A stretch of DNA of 29,699 nucleotides from a virus. Taxonomy: Duplodnaviria; Caudoviricetes. Below the pieces are notes generated by a model. It was not told where the DNA came from, did not search any database, and worked only from the letters and a program-made list of their open reading frames with translations. Every line of letters starts with the position of its first letter. Position 1 is the first letter of the stretch. Location: positions 1-29,699 of the IMG/VR virus record IMGVR_UViG_3300039191_000510, one strand, 5' to 3'. The position numbers and the translations under genes are program-made. Shown in pieces: positions 16,444 to 25,219 of this stretch.

Positions 16444-17466
16444 ATGACCCTTACCCGCAACCCGTTCGACGCGGGCGGCTATTCGCTCGCCGAGATGACG
16501 CAGGCCATCAACATCCTGCCCAATCTCTACACCCGCCTTGGCCAGATCGGCCTGTTTCGCTTCGAAGGCGTCACGCAACGCTCCATCGTCATCGAGCAGC
16601 GCGAGGGCGTCCTCAGCCTGCTGCCCTCGGTCCCGCTCGGCGCACCCGCCACCGTCGGCAACCGCGAGCAGCGCTCCATGCGGAGCTTTGCACTCCCGTG
16701 GATCCCGCATGACGATGTGATCCTGCCCTCGGATATTCAGGGCATGCCGGCGCTTGGCGTCTCGGACACAGCCGATCCGCTGGTCGAGGTGATGAACCGC
16801 AAGCTCACGCTGATGCGCCGCAAGCATGCCCAGACCCGCGAATACATGGAGATGAACGCGCTGCGCGGCATCGTGAAGGACGGCGCGGGCACCACGCTCT
16901 ACGACTATTTCACCGAGTTCGGGCTCACACGGATCTCCGTCGACTTCGTCTTCGGCACGGCCGGCACCAACATCCAGGGCAAGGTCCGCGAGACCCTGCG
17001 CGGGATCGAGGACAACCTGCTGGGCGAGACCATGACCACCGCGCATGCGCTGGTCAGCTCGGAGTTCTTCGACAAGCTGATCAGCCATCCCAAGACCGAG
17101 GACGCCTACAAGTTCTACTCGGCCACCGGCGGCCAGCCGCTGCGCGAGGACATGCGCCGCGCCTTTCCCTTCGCAGGCATCCTCTTCGAGGAATATAACG
17201 GCTCGGTGACGCTTTCCAACGGCACATCGGAACGGCTGATCCCCGCGGGCGAGGGCATCGCCTTCCCGCTCGGCACCTTCGAGACCTTCACCACCTATGG
17301 CGGACCCGCGAACCTGCTGGAGACGGCCAATACCGTGGGTCTGCCGCTCTATGCCCGGCAGATGATCGATGCCAAGGGCCGCTGGATCGACCTGATGACG
17401 GAAGGATCGATACTGCCGGTCAACAAGCGCCCGCGGCTGGCGATCCGCCTGCACAGCTCGAACTGA
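16444..17466 (+). CDS. Major capsid protein, lambda gpE family
   Basis: 340 aa; SLAEMTQAINILP, TREYMEMNALRG, FPFAGILFEEY, ETANTVGLPLYA, ILPVNKRP. Confidence 0.93.
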   Translation: MTLTRNPFDAGGYSLAEMTQAINILPNLYTRLGQIGLFRFEGVTQRSIVIEQREGVLSLLPSVPLGAPATVGNREQRSMRSFALPWIPHDDVILPSDIQGMPALGVSDTADPLVEVMNRKLTLMRRKHAQTREYMEMNALRGIVKDGAGTTLYDYFTEFGLTRISVDFVFGTAGTNIQGKVRETLRGIEDNLLGETMTTAHALVSSEFFDKLISHPKTEDAYKFYSATGGQPLREDMRRAFPFAGILFEEYNGSVTLSNGTSERLIPAGEGIAFPLGTFETFTTYGGPANLLETANTVGLPLYARQMIDAKGRWIDLMTEGSILPVNKRPRLAIRLHSSN

Positions 17467-17475
17467 CCGTTCAGC

Positions 17476-17787
17476 ATGTCAATCTTCGCCATTGCCATGG
17501 ACACGCTCTTTGGAGATCCCAACATCGCCCGCGATGCGGTCTATATCTCGGATGTGGGTGCGCCCCGGCTCGTCCGCGTGGTCACCCGTCGCGCGGACGA
17601 CATCACCGGCTTCGGCGACGCGCGCATCTGGTCGGAGACCACGCGGATCGATCTGCGCGTGGCGGAAGTGCCCGCCCCGCGTCCCGGCGACCGGGTCGAG
17701 ATCGAAGACGAGGCGTTTCTCATTCAGGGCGAGCCGGTGCGCGACCGCGAGCGGCTCGTCTGGACCGTGGACCTGAGGCCAGCGTGA
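17476..17787 (+). CDS. Head-tail joining/head-closure protein (gpFII-like)
   Basis: Follows the capsid gene; beta-rich, with PRPGDRVEIEDEAFLIQGEP. Confidence 0.75.
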   Translation: MSIFAIAMDTLFGDPNIARDAVYISDVGAPRLVRVVTRRADDITGFGDARIWSETTRIDLRVAEVPAPRPGDRVEIEDEAFLIQGEPVRDRERLVWTVDLRPA

Positions 17788-17792
17788 TCCCC

Positions 17793-18422
17793 ATGAAGCT
17801 CAAACTCGACATCACCCCCGACCTTGCCGCCATGATGGCCGCCGAGATCAAGGCGGGCGAGAAGGCTGTCACGGCGGCGACGCGCGAGGCCGGGACCAGC
17901 CTCAAGACCGCCTGGCGCAGCCAGATCACCGGCGCGGGGCTGGGCATGCGGCTGGCCCGCACGATCCGAAGCGAGCAGTATCCGAAAGGCAATCCCAGCC
18001 TGAACGCCGCAGCCCTCGTCTGGTCGAAAGCGCCCAATATCGTCAGCGCCCACGACACCGGGCCGCTGATCCGCTCGCGCAAAGGCTTCTGGCTGACGAT
18101 CCCGACGGCAGCCGCCGGCAAGTCGCGCCGCGGCGGCCGGATCAGCCCGGTCGAATGGGAACGCCGCACGGGTCTGAGCCTGCGCTTTGTCTATCGCCGG
18201 TCCGGCCCAAGCCTGCTTGTCGCCGAGGGACGGCTGAACAAGGGGGGCCGTGCAGTTGCCTCGCGCTCGAAGACCGGGCGGGGCCTGACCACCGTGCCGA
18301 TCTTCCTGCTGGTGCCGCAGGTGAAGCTGCCGAAACGGCTGGATCTCGATCGGGATACAGAGCGGGCACATGACAGCATGCCGGGGTTGATTGTGGCGAA
18401 CTGGGTGGAAGGGCGGCGATGA
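17793..18422 (+). CDS. Basic neck/tail-completion protein (DUF6441-like)
   Basis: LKTAWRSQITGAGLG.RLARTIR, WLTIP, TTVPIFLLVPQVKLPKRLDL. Alternative GTG start at 17784. Confidence 0.75.
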   Translation: MKLKLDITPDLAAMMAAEIKAGEKAVTAATREAGTSLKTAWRSQITGAGLGMRLARTIRSEQYPKGNPSLNAAALVWSKAPNIVSAHDTGPLIRSRKGFWLTIPTAAAGKSRRGGRISPVEWERRTGLSLRFVYRRSGPSLLVAEGRLNKGGRAVASRSKTGRGLTTVPIFLLVPQVKLPKRLDLDRDTERAHDSMPGLIVANWVEGRR

Positions 18423-18485
18423 TTGGTGACGGCGATGCGGAGAGATCTCAGCGCATGACCCGATCGCCCGAGTCATCGGGGAGCC

Positions 18486-18800
18486 CTATCGGCGTCCCAG
18501 CTTGCCAAATTCGCTGTCCAGCAGGGCGCGAAGTTTTTTCGACGCGCCCCGCAGGGCCGCGTCCACATTGGCGTCATTGTGGGTGACGGTCTGCGGCTGC
18601 ATCCCTTCGGGACGCGCTTCGACGGTGCAGTGAATGTCGTCGGCCCCGCCCTTGGCACCATTCACATCGGACAGATGCACCTCGATCCGTGACAGACGGT
18701 CGGTCAGATGCCCGAGTGCGGATGTGACAACCGTTTCGGCCACTTCGGCCAGGCGTTTGTCGCCTTCAATGTTGGCATCGGTATTCAGTTGAAACTGCAT
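18486..18800 (-). CDS. HPF/RaiA-family ribosome-associated (hibernation-like) protein
   Basis: MQFQLNTDANI..RLSRIEVHLSDVNGAKGG.DDIHCTVEARPEG..VTHNDANVDAALRGASKKLRALLD fits the S30AE/HPF fold pattern. CAGGAG RBS. Confidence 0.85.
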   Translation of the reverse strand: MQFQLNTDANIEGDKRLAEVAETVVTSALGHLTDRLSRIEVHLSDVNGAKGGADDIHCTVEARPEGMQPQTVTHNDANVDAALRGASKKLRALLDSEFGKLGRR

Positions 18801-18969
18801 GTCGGTTCTCCTGTGTGAGTGCGTTCACCCTCTGTGACTGGGTCGAGGCCGAAGGGTCGCCTCCGGTTGATCTCCCAGTCCAGCGCGCGAACAGTCTGAA
18901 AGCAGGTGTCATCGCGATGGCGGTGCATTGTAGTCTAACCGGCTTATTGTTCTTAGCTGAAAGGATTTC

Positions 18970-19478
18970 TCAACAGGTCCCATAATGGTTCTTCGAGAAG
19001 GAGCAGTATTCGGTTGCCTTGCCGCTTTCGATCATCGCTGCGGTGATGTCGCGTCCGTCTGGCAGGAAACACTGACCGACGATGCGCCCGTAGCGGTCGA
19101 TGTCGCGCTGGCGGCACGTAAGTTCGTGGTCTGAGGTCAGCCGCGCAAGCTCGGCTGTGGCGGCAGCGCCTCCGGGCGCGGCGGTCTCCGGAGCGTCGAG
19201 CCCCAGATCCGGATCCGTACATCCTGACCACTGATCCAGAAGGTGTCGCCATCGACGATGCGAGTGACATGGCCGTTGAACCGGTTCGCGTCGGAGATCT
19301 CGGCAGGGTCGTTGTTGGCAACGTCGGCGCCGCTGAAGTCCGAGAGCATACTCTCAAGATCGCCACGATCGGCCAGCATGAAGAGGGCAACCAGGAGCGC
19401 GATTATCAGGGCGCCCGTGCGCAGCGGTTTGCGCTTGCGGTGCCGCGATCTGTGCCGCGATCGAACTTGCCGTGTCAA
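18970..19478 (-). pseudogene. Membrane-anchored thermonuclease (SNase-like), split by a 1-nt frameshift
   Basis: The first frame gives a basic N-terminus, a TM helix and VTRIVDGDTF..VRIRIWG. The second frame resumes at 19200 as LDAPE..DIDRYGRIVGQCFLPDGRDITAAMIESGKATEYCSFSKNHYGTC* (stop 18970-18972). One base is missing at the G4 run (19201-19204). Confidence 0.85.
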
Positions 19479-19617
19479 TGTTGCTCTCCCTTACTACCCG
19501 GTGGTGTCTGGCACCCGGACTGGGTGCGCACAAGGACGATGTTTCCAGCGCTGAGGCACCCTCAATACGCTTGCTGCATCAGGTCAACCGACCTCGCCCA
19601 CCTATCGGAGCTCTTTC

Positions 19618-20043
19618 ATGCCCTCGACCCGCGAGACGATCCTTGCAGCGCTGACGGGGCAGCTGGCCGCGCGCGCAGGCGCCGAGGTGCGGCGCAACGC
19701 GATGCTGCCGGAGCGGGTGCCGGCCGAAGGGCTGGTGATCCTGCGCGACGGCAATCCTGGCGAGCCGGATGTGACGCTGAGCCCGTGGCGGGCCTACTAC
19801 CGCCACCGCGTGGAGATCGAGGCGTTCATGCCGCCGGGCGCGGCGGAGGCGGCGCTCGACGGGCTCTTGGCCCGCATCGGGGCCGCGCTGGCGCATGACG
19901 ACAGCCTCGGTGGGCGGGTGGAGCTGATGACGCCGTCCGCCCCGGCGTTGCAGCCCGTCCCGGTGGAGGGCGGCGCGCCGTTTCTGGCCGCGGCACTGGT
20001 GGTCACGCTGGAATACCAGGTCAGCGATCCGCTGAGCGGGTGA
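19618..20043 (+). CDS. Putative tail terminator/completion protein
   Basis: Precedes the tail tube. MPSTRETILAAL, LPERVPAEGLVILRDGNPGEP, DDSLGG and C-terminal Y..SDPL. Confidence 0.7.
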   Translation: MPSTRETILAALTGQLAARAGAEVRRNAMLPERVPAEGLVILRDGNPGEPDVTLSPWRAYYRHRVEIEAFMPPGAAEAALDGLLARIGAALAHDDSLGGRVELMTPSAPALQPVPVEGGAPFLAAALVVTLEYQVSDPLSG

Positions 20044-20089
20044 GCGCGCCGGAAGGGCGCGGGTTTTCGAACATCACAGGAGGACCAGC

Positions 20090-21361
20090 ATGGGCAAGCA
20101 ACGCGCCTATGGCGCCGATGCCACACTCAGGGCCGTGCGCGAGACGCAGTATGGCGGGGCCACCACGGGCCCGGTGCGGGCGCTCGACTTCAAGACGGCG
20201 GATCTGTCGGCGAGCATCCCGCTCGGCGACGACCCGCTGCTGGGGCGCGGGCGCAACGCGCAGGACCCGTATCGCGGGCTTGTCACCGATGAGGGCCAGC
20301 TGGAGATCCCGTTCGATCTGCAGGGCACCGGCTGGTGGATGACGGCGCTGTTCGGCGATCCGCAGACCACGTCGCAGGCAGCCGCGGGACGGATCACCTT
20401 CGCGGATAATCCTGTGCCGGGCGACACGCTCACGCTGAACGGCGTGGCCTGGACCTTTGTTGCCGGGGTTGCTTCGGGCGACGAGACCGAGATCGGCGCG
20501 ACGCTGGCCGATACGCTCGCAGCGCTGGCCTCGGATCTCAACGCCGCGAGCGATCCCGCCATCTCCGTGGCGAGCTACACGGTCGAGAACGACACCGCGC
20601 TGGTGATCACACATGACACCACCGGCCCGGACGGCAATGCCTTCACGCTGGACGCCTCGGCCGCACAGCGCGCCACCCCCACGCTCACCGGTGGCGGCTA
20701 TCGCCATGTCTGGCGCAGCGGGGCCGACAGCATCCCGTCCTTCCTGATCGAGATCGGGCACCCGAAGCTTACCACCCCGGTCTTCTTTCGCCACGCGGGC
20801 GCTGTGCTGGAGGAGCTGTCATTCCAGATGGGCCAGGAGGGGCCAGCGAACGCCACCGTCTCGGTGGTCGCTCAGGGCGAGGAGACCGCGAGTGCGACGC
20901 TGGACGCAAGCCCCGCCGCCTTTGCGCTGCGCCGCTTCAGCCAGGGGCGCGGGCGCATTGTGCGCGCAGGATCACCGCTGGCGGGCGTCACGGCCGGCTC
21001 GCTGACCTTCTCCAACGGCATCGAGCGGGTGCGGTCGATCCGCGAGGATGGCCGCATCGATGGCGCGGATCCCACCCTCGCCACCTGCGAGGGATCGCTG
21101 ACCGTGCGCTTCGATGGCCAGACGCTGATGGCCGAGGCCGCCAGCGGCGATCCGGTCGCGCTGGTCTACGGCTTCGCGATGGCCGAGGGCTATGCGCTGA
21201 CCTTCACGCTGCCGCGGGTCTACCTGCCCAAACCCAAATATTCGATCACCGGCCCGGCCGGGGTCGAGGCGAGTTTCGACTGGCGCGCCGCCGCAGATGC
21301 GACCGGCGTGATGCTCGAGGTCGCGCTTCTCAACGATGTCCCAACCCATGGAGCCCCCTGA
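20090..21361 (+). CDS. Major tail (tube) protein with internal extra domain
   Basis: AGGAGG RBS; RAYGADA..ETQYG, LLGRGRNAQDP, FTLPRVYLPKPK.SITGPAGVEASFDW. Confidence 0.85.
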   Translation: MGKQRAYGADATLRAVRETQYGGATTGPVRALDFKTADLSASIPLGDDPLLGRGRNAQDPYRGLVTDEGQLEIPFDLQGTGWWMTALFGDPQTTSQAAAGRITFADNPVPGDTLTLNGVAWTFVAGVASGDETEIGATLADTLAALASDLNAASDPAISVASYTVENDTALVITHDTTGPDGNAFTLDASAAQRATPTLTGGGYRHVWRSGADSIPSFLIEIGHPKLTTPVFFRHAGAVLEELSFQMGQEGPANATVSVVAQGEETASATLDASPAAFALRRFSQGRGRIVRAGSPLAGVTAGSLTFSNGIERVRSIREDGRIDGADPTLATCEGSLTVRFDGQTLMAEAASGDPVALVYGFAMAEGYALTFTLPRVYLPKPKYSITGPAGVEASFDWRAAADATGVMLEVALLNDVPTHGAP

Positions 21362-21822
21362 TGATCCGTCTCGACCTGAACGCGTCCCCTGACTGGCTCG
21401 ATCTCGGCCACGGCGTGCAGCTGCGCGTGGCCCCGATCACCACCTCGCTGATGAACCGTGCGCGCGAGGGACCGATACTTGCGGATCTGCCCGAGGGTGC
21501 CAGCGCCAATGCGCGCGGCATCGCGCTGGCCAAGGCGCTGGCGCGCGTGGCCGTGGATGACTGGGCGGGGGTTCATGATGCCGACGACGCCCCGGCCGAA
21601 CTCACCCCCGAAGGGCTCGACGCGCTGCTCGAGATCGTGCCGATCTTCGAGGCGTTCCAGCTGCGCTACGTGGCGCCGGGCCTGCATCTGGAGCAGGAAA
21701 AAAACGCCTCAGCGCCCTCGCCGAGTGGCACTTCGGCGGGGGCGCGCAATACTGCAGCAACTGCACCCAAATCTGCCCGCAAGTCTGTGAAGCCTGCCCG
21801 GCGCGGCAAAACGCGCCGCTGA
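21361..21822 (+). CDS. Tail assembly chaperone (gpG-like)
   Basis: Lies between tail tube and tape measure; contains the in-frame slippery site GAA-AAA-AAC (EKN). Confidence 0.85.
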   Translation: MIRLDLNASPDWLDLGHGVQLRVAPITTSLMNRAREGPILADLPEGASANARGIALAKALARVAVDDWAGVHDADDAPAELTPEGLDALLEIVPIFEAFQLRYVAPGLHLEQEKNASAPSPSGTSAGARNTAATAPKSARKSVKPARRGKTRR

Positions 21823-22040
21823 CGCGCGAGGGCATGATGGCCTGGGATGTCGCCTGCCGGGCCACGGGCCAGCTGCGCGTCGCCGAGGGCGCGGTTCTGG
21901 GCTGGGACATGGGCGCGGTGCTGGCCATGGCTGCGGCCTGCGGGCTCGACCCACGTGCGGCTGTCGAGCTGCTGCCGGTGATCGAGGCGGCGATGGTGCG
22001 CGCGGTGAACGCGCAGATCCGGGCGCAGCGCCCGCAATAG
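21361..22040 (+). CDS. gpGT-like extended chaperone made by programmed -1 frameshift at A-AAA-AAC (21699-21705)
   Basis: The -1 frame is open from the slip site (RLSALAEWHFGGGAQYCSNCTQICPQVCEACPARQNAPLTREG) into track ORF 21834..22040. Confidence 0.85.
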
Positions 22041-22085
22041 ACGCACACGCCATAACTATCACATCAACAGGGATCGGACCCCCCA

Positions 22086-24584
22086 ATGACCAGCGCGTCC
22101 AAACAGGTCACGGTGCGGCTGGCAGCAGAAGGCGGCCGGCAGGTGCGTGCCGAGCTCAAGGGCATCGGCACCGACGGCGCCACCGCCTTCCAGCGGCTGG
22201 GCTCGGAGATGGAGGCGGCCAATGCGCGTGCCGACCGGTTCTTTCGCCAATTGCGGATTGCGGCGGCGGCCGGTGCTGCGGCCTTGGGGGCTGCGGGCAC
22301 GGCGATGATCCGCAGCGGGCTGCAGGTCGTCGACAGCCAGGCCAAGCTGGCGCAGTCGCTGGGCACGACGGTCGCTTCGATCCAGACGCTGGAGCGCGCG
22401 GGCGAGCTGGCGGGCGTGGCGATGTCGGGCATCGAGCAGGCCACCAAGGATCTCACACGCCGTCTCAGTCAGGCCGCGGCCGGAACCGGCCCCGCCGCCG
22501 ACGCGCTCGACCGGCTGGGGCTGTCGGCCACCGACCTGATCGCGCTGCCGCTGGATGAGCGCGTGGGCGCGATCAACGCCGCCATCGAGGAGTTCGTCCC
22601 TGCTGCCGAGCGGGCCGCGGTGGCGGGCCAGCTTTTCGGCGAGGAAGGCTCCATCGCGATGAGCCGGATCGACACCGCGACGCTGCGGCAGGCGACCGCG
22701 GACGTGCGCGCTTTCGGGGTCGTGGTTTCCGCGCAGGACGCGGCCCAGATCGAGCGGACCAACGATGCGATCTCGCGGCTGGGGCTCATCTGGCGCGGGC
22801 TGGCCAACCAGCTGGCGGTCGCCGCGGCCCCGGCGCTGGAGGCCGTGGCCGACGCGATGGCCGCACTCGCGGAGCGCAGCGGCCCGGTGGGCCGCGCCAT
22901 CGAGCTGGTGCTGGGCAATCTCGACCGGCTGGCCGCCACGCTTGCGGCCGTCGCGGTGCTGGTGGCCGGGCGCTTCGTGGCGGGAATGGCGGCCGCAGCT
23001 GTCAGCGTGCGCGGGCTGGCCACGGCGCTGGCGCTGCTGCGCGGGGCGCTGATCCGGCTGCCGTTTGTGGCGCTGGTGATCGGCGCACAGGAGCTGATCC
23101 TGCGCTTTGGCCGACTGGTCGCCGCGGCGGGGAGTTTCTCCGACGCCCTCGATCTTATGCGCGGCGTGGCGGCCGAGGTCTGGGACCGGATGGGCACCGG
23201 CGCGCGGGCGCTCGGCGCGACGGTGGTGGCAGCATGGGCCGGGATCCGCGCCAGCGTCGCCGATGGCGTGCAGGCCAGCCTTGACGCGGTGGCGCGCGGG
23301 GCGTCGCTGATCATCAACACCTGGCGCGGGGCTTTTGCAGCAACAAGCGCGATCTGGTCTGATCTGCCCGCGGTACTGGGTGAGGTCGTGACCGGTGCGG
23401 CCAATGCCATGGTGCGCGGCGTGGAGCGAATGCTCAATGCGGTGATCGGGCGGGTGAACCGCTTCATCGCCGGGATCAACACGGTGCTCGCCGCTTTGCC
23501 GGCATGGGCGGTGGGCGGCGGCGGGATCCGCATCGGGGCGCTCGACGATGTCAGCCTTGGAGGCCTCGAGAACCGGTTCGCAGGCGCGGCACGCGATGCC
23601 GGGGCCCGGGCGGCAGAGGCGTTCACACAAGCCTTCGATCGGGAGTACCAGATCCCCGATCTCGGCCTCGGGGCCTATGCTGCGGACGCCCGCGCCACGC
23701 AGGACGCGCTCCAAGGCGTGGCTGACGCGCTGCGCGCCGCGGCAACCGGGCCGCTGGAATCGGTCGAGGCGATCCGCGAGGTGCTGGCCCGGACATCGGA
23801 GGCGGCCGATGCGTCAGCGGAGTCCGTGGCCGGGATCGGGGACGCCTTCGACGGGATCGCCGGCGGGGAGGATGGGACCTCAGGCTCCGGTTCCGGCGGC
23901 GCGGCTGGTCGTGCTGCTGAGGCCGCAACAGAGGCCGGTGCTGCGATCGCGGCGGCGGGCGAGACGGCGGCGCGGGGCTGGGATGCGGTCGCCGACAGCC
24001 TGCAGGGCTATGCCGGGCGCGCGATGGAAACCAGCCGCCAGATCGGCGACGCGCTGGTCAGCGCCTTTCGCGGCGCCGAGGACGCGCTTCTGATGCTGGT
24101 CACGAAGGGCAAGGTGGATTTTCGTGATCTGGCCAATTCCGTGCTCGAGGACATCACCCGCATCGCGCTGCGCTCGGCGGTGCTCGGGCCGCTCGCCAAC
24201 TGGCTGGGCGGCGCGCTTGGCGGCATCGGGGGCGGGCTTGGAAGTAGCCTCACCGCGGCGGTGGCGCATTCCGGTGGCGTGATCGGTGTCTCGGCGCTGC
24301 CGCAGCGGCAGGTGCCGGCCACGGCCTTCGCCGGGGCGGACCGGTTCCATGGTGGCGGTTCTCCAGGTCTCCGCCCGGACGAGGTCCCCGCAATCCTGCA
24401 GCGCGGCGAGCGGGTGCTGTCGCGCCGCGAGGTGGCCGAGGGACAGCGCGGTGGTGGCGGCGACCGCGGCGTCACTGTCAACATGACGATCACCACGCCC
24501 AATGCCGACAGCTTCCGCCGCTCGCAGGGCCAGATCACCGCCGAGATGAGCCGCGCCATCGCGCGGGCGCGGCGCAATCGGTAG
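22086..24584 (+). CDS. Tail tape measure protein
   Basis: 832 aa, Ala/Gly-rich and helical. C-terminal GKVDFRDLANSVL, FHGGG..GLRPDEVPAILQRGERVL, FRRSQGQI. Confidence 0.93.
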   Translation: MTSASKQVTVRLAAEGGRQVRAELKGIGTDGATAFQRLGSEMEAANARADRFFRQLRIAAAAGAAALGAAGTAMIRSGLQVVDSQAKLAQSLGTTVASIQTLERAGELAGVAMSGIEQATKDLTRRLSQAAAGTGPAADALDRLGLSATDLIALPLDERVGAINAAIEEFVPAAERAAVAGQLFGEEGSIAMSRIDTATLRQATADVRAFGVVVSAQDAAQIERTNDAISRLGLIWRGLANQLAVAAAPALEAVADAMAALAERSGPVGRAIELVLGNLDRLAATLAAVAVLVAGRFVAGMAAAAVSVRGLATALALLRGALIRLPFVALVIGAQELILRFGRLVAAAGSFSDALDLMRGVAAEVWDRMGTGARALGATVVAAWAGIRASVADGVQASLDAVARGASLIINTWRGAFAATSAIWSDLPAVLGEVVTGAANAMVRGVERMLNAVIGRVNRFIAGINTVLAALPAWAVGGGGIRIGALDDVSLGGLENRFAGAARDAGARAAEAFTQAFDREYQIPDLGLGAYAADARATQDALQGVADALRAAATGPLESVEAIREVLARTSEAADASAESVAGIGDAFDGIAGGEDGTSGSGSGGAAGRAAEAATEAGAAIAAAGETAARGWDAVADSLQGYAGRAMETSRQIGDALVSAFRGAEDALLMLVTKGKVDFRDLANSVLEDITRIALRSAVLGPLANWLGGALGGIGGGLGSSLTAAVAHSGGVIGVSALPQRQVPATAFAGADRFHGGGSPGLRPDEVPAILQRGERVLSRREVAEGQRGGGGDRGVTVNMTITTPNADSFRRSQGQITAEMSRAIARARRNR

Positions 24585-24606
24585 CGCTAAACAGACAGGG
24601 CAATCC

Positions 24607-25209
24607 ATGACCGACTTTCACGATGTGCAGTTTCCGGCCAACATCGCCTATGGCGCCAGCGGCGGGCCGCGGTTCCTGACCGCGATCACCGCCACGCAGA
24701 GCGGCCGCGAGCAGCGCGTGGCACAATGGCAGCGATCTCGGGGCGAATGGAACGTCTCGACGGGCATCCGCTCCCGCGCCGATGTCGCCGCATTCCTCGC
24801 CTTCTTCTACGCCCGCCGCGGGCGCGCGCACGGGTTTCGGTTCAAGGACTGGACCGACTTTCGGGCGGCCGGGCAGCTGCTGGGAACCGGGGATGGCGTA
24901 CAGACCGCGTTTCAGCTGGTCCGGCGCTATGACAGTGGCGGCGTGGTTCATGAACGGCGTATCACGCGGCCGGTCGAGGGAACGGTCACGGTCTATCGCG
25001 ATGGTGTGGAGGCCACGTCCGGGGTTTCGGTGGATCACACCACCGGCCTCGTGACCTTCTCGGACGCACCGGATCCCGGCGTCGCGATCACCGCAGACTA
25101 CGAGTTCGACGTACCGGCGCGGTTCGACACCGATGCCGCCGATCTCACCGTCGAGACCTTCGAGATGCAGCAATGGGGCCGCATCACCGTGGTGGAGATC
25201 CGCGAATGA
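24607..25209 (+). CDS. Distal tail protein, GTA-like (DUF2460)
   Basis: FHDVQFP..YGASGGP.F.T, SGREQR, AFFYARRGRAHGFRFKDWTDF, EFDVPARFDTD. Confidence 0.9.
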   Translation: MTDFHDVQFPANIAYGASGGPRFLTAITATQSGREQRVAQWQRSRGEWNVSTGIRSRADVAAFLAFFYARRGRAHGFRFKDWTDFRAAGQLLGTGDGVQTAFQLVRRYDSGGVVHERRITRPVEGTVTVYRDGVEATSGVSVDHTTGLVTFSDAPDPGVAITADYEFDVPARFDTDAADLTVETFEMQQWGRITVVEIRE

Positions 25210-25219
25210 AGGTGATGTC

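Noticed and set aside
10866-17454. Long minus-strand ORFs opposite terminase, portal, protease and capsid (for example 12811..14322 and 16339..17454)
   Set aside because: Antisense shadows with no domain signal. The plus-strand genes are colinear and translationally coupled.
18953-19390. 145-aa minus-strand ORF overlapping the nuclease
   Set aside because: It is the third reading frame and carries neither half of the SNase motifs.
19618-20043. Possible metabolic enzyme (similar proteins are sometimes labelled acyl-CoA transferase)
   Set aside because: At 141 aa it has no transferase motifs, and its position before the tail tube indicates a structural tail protein.
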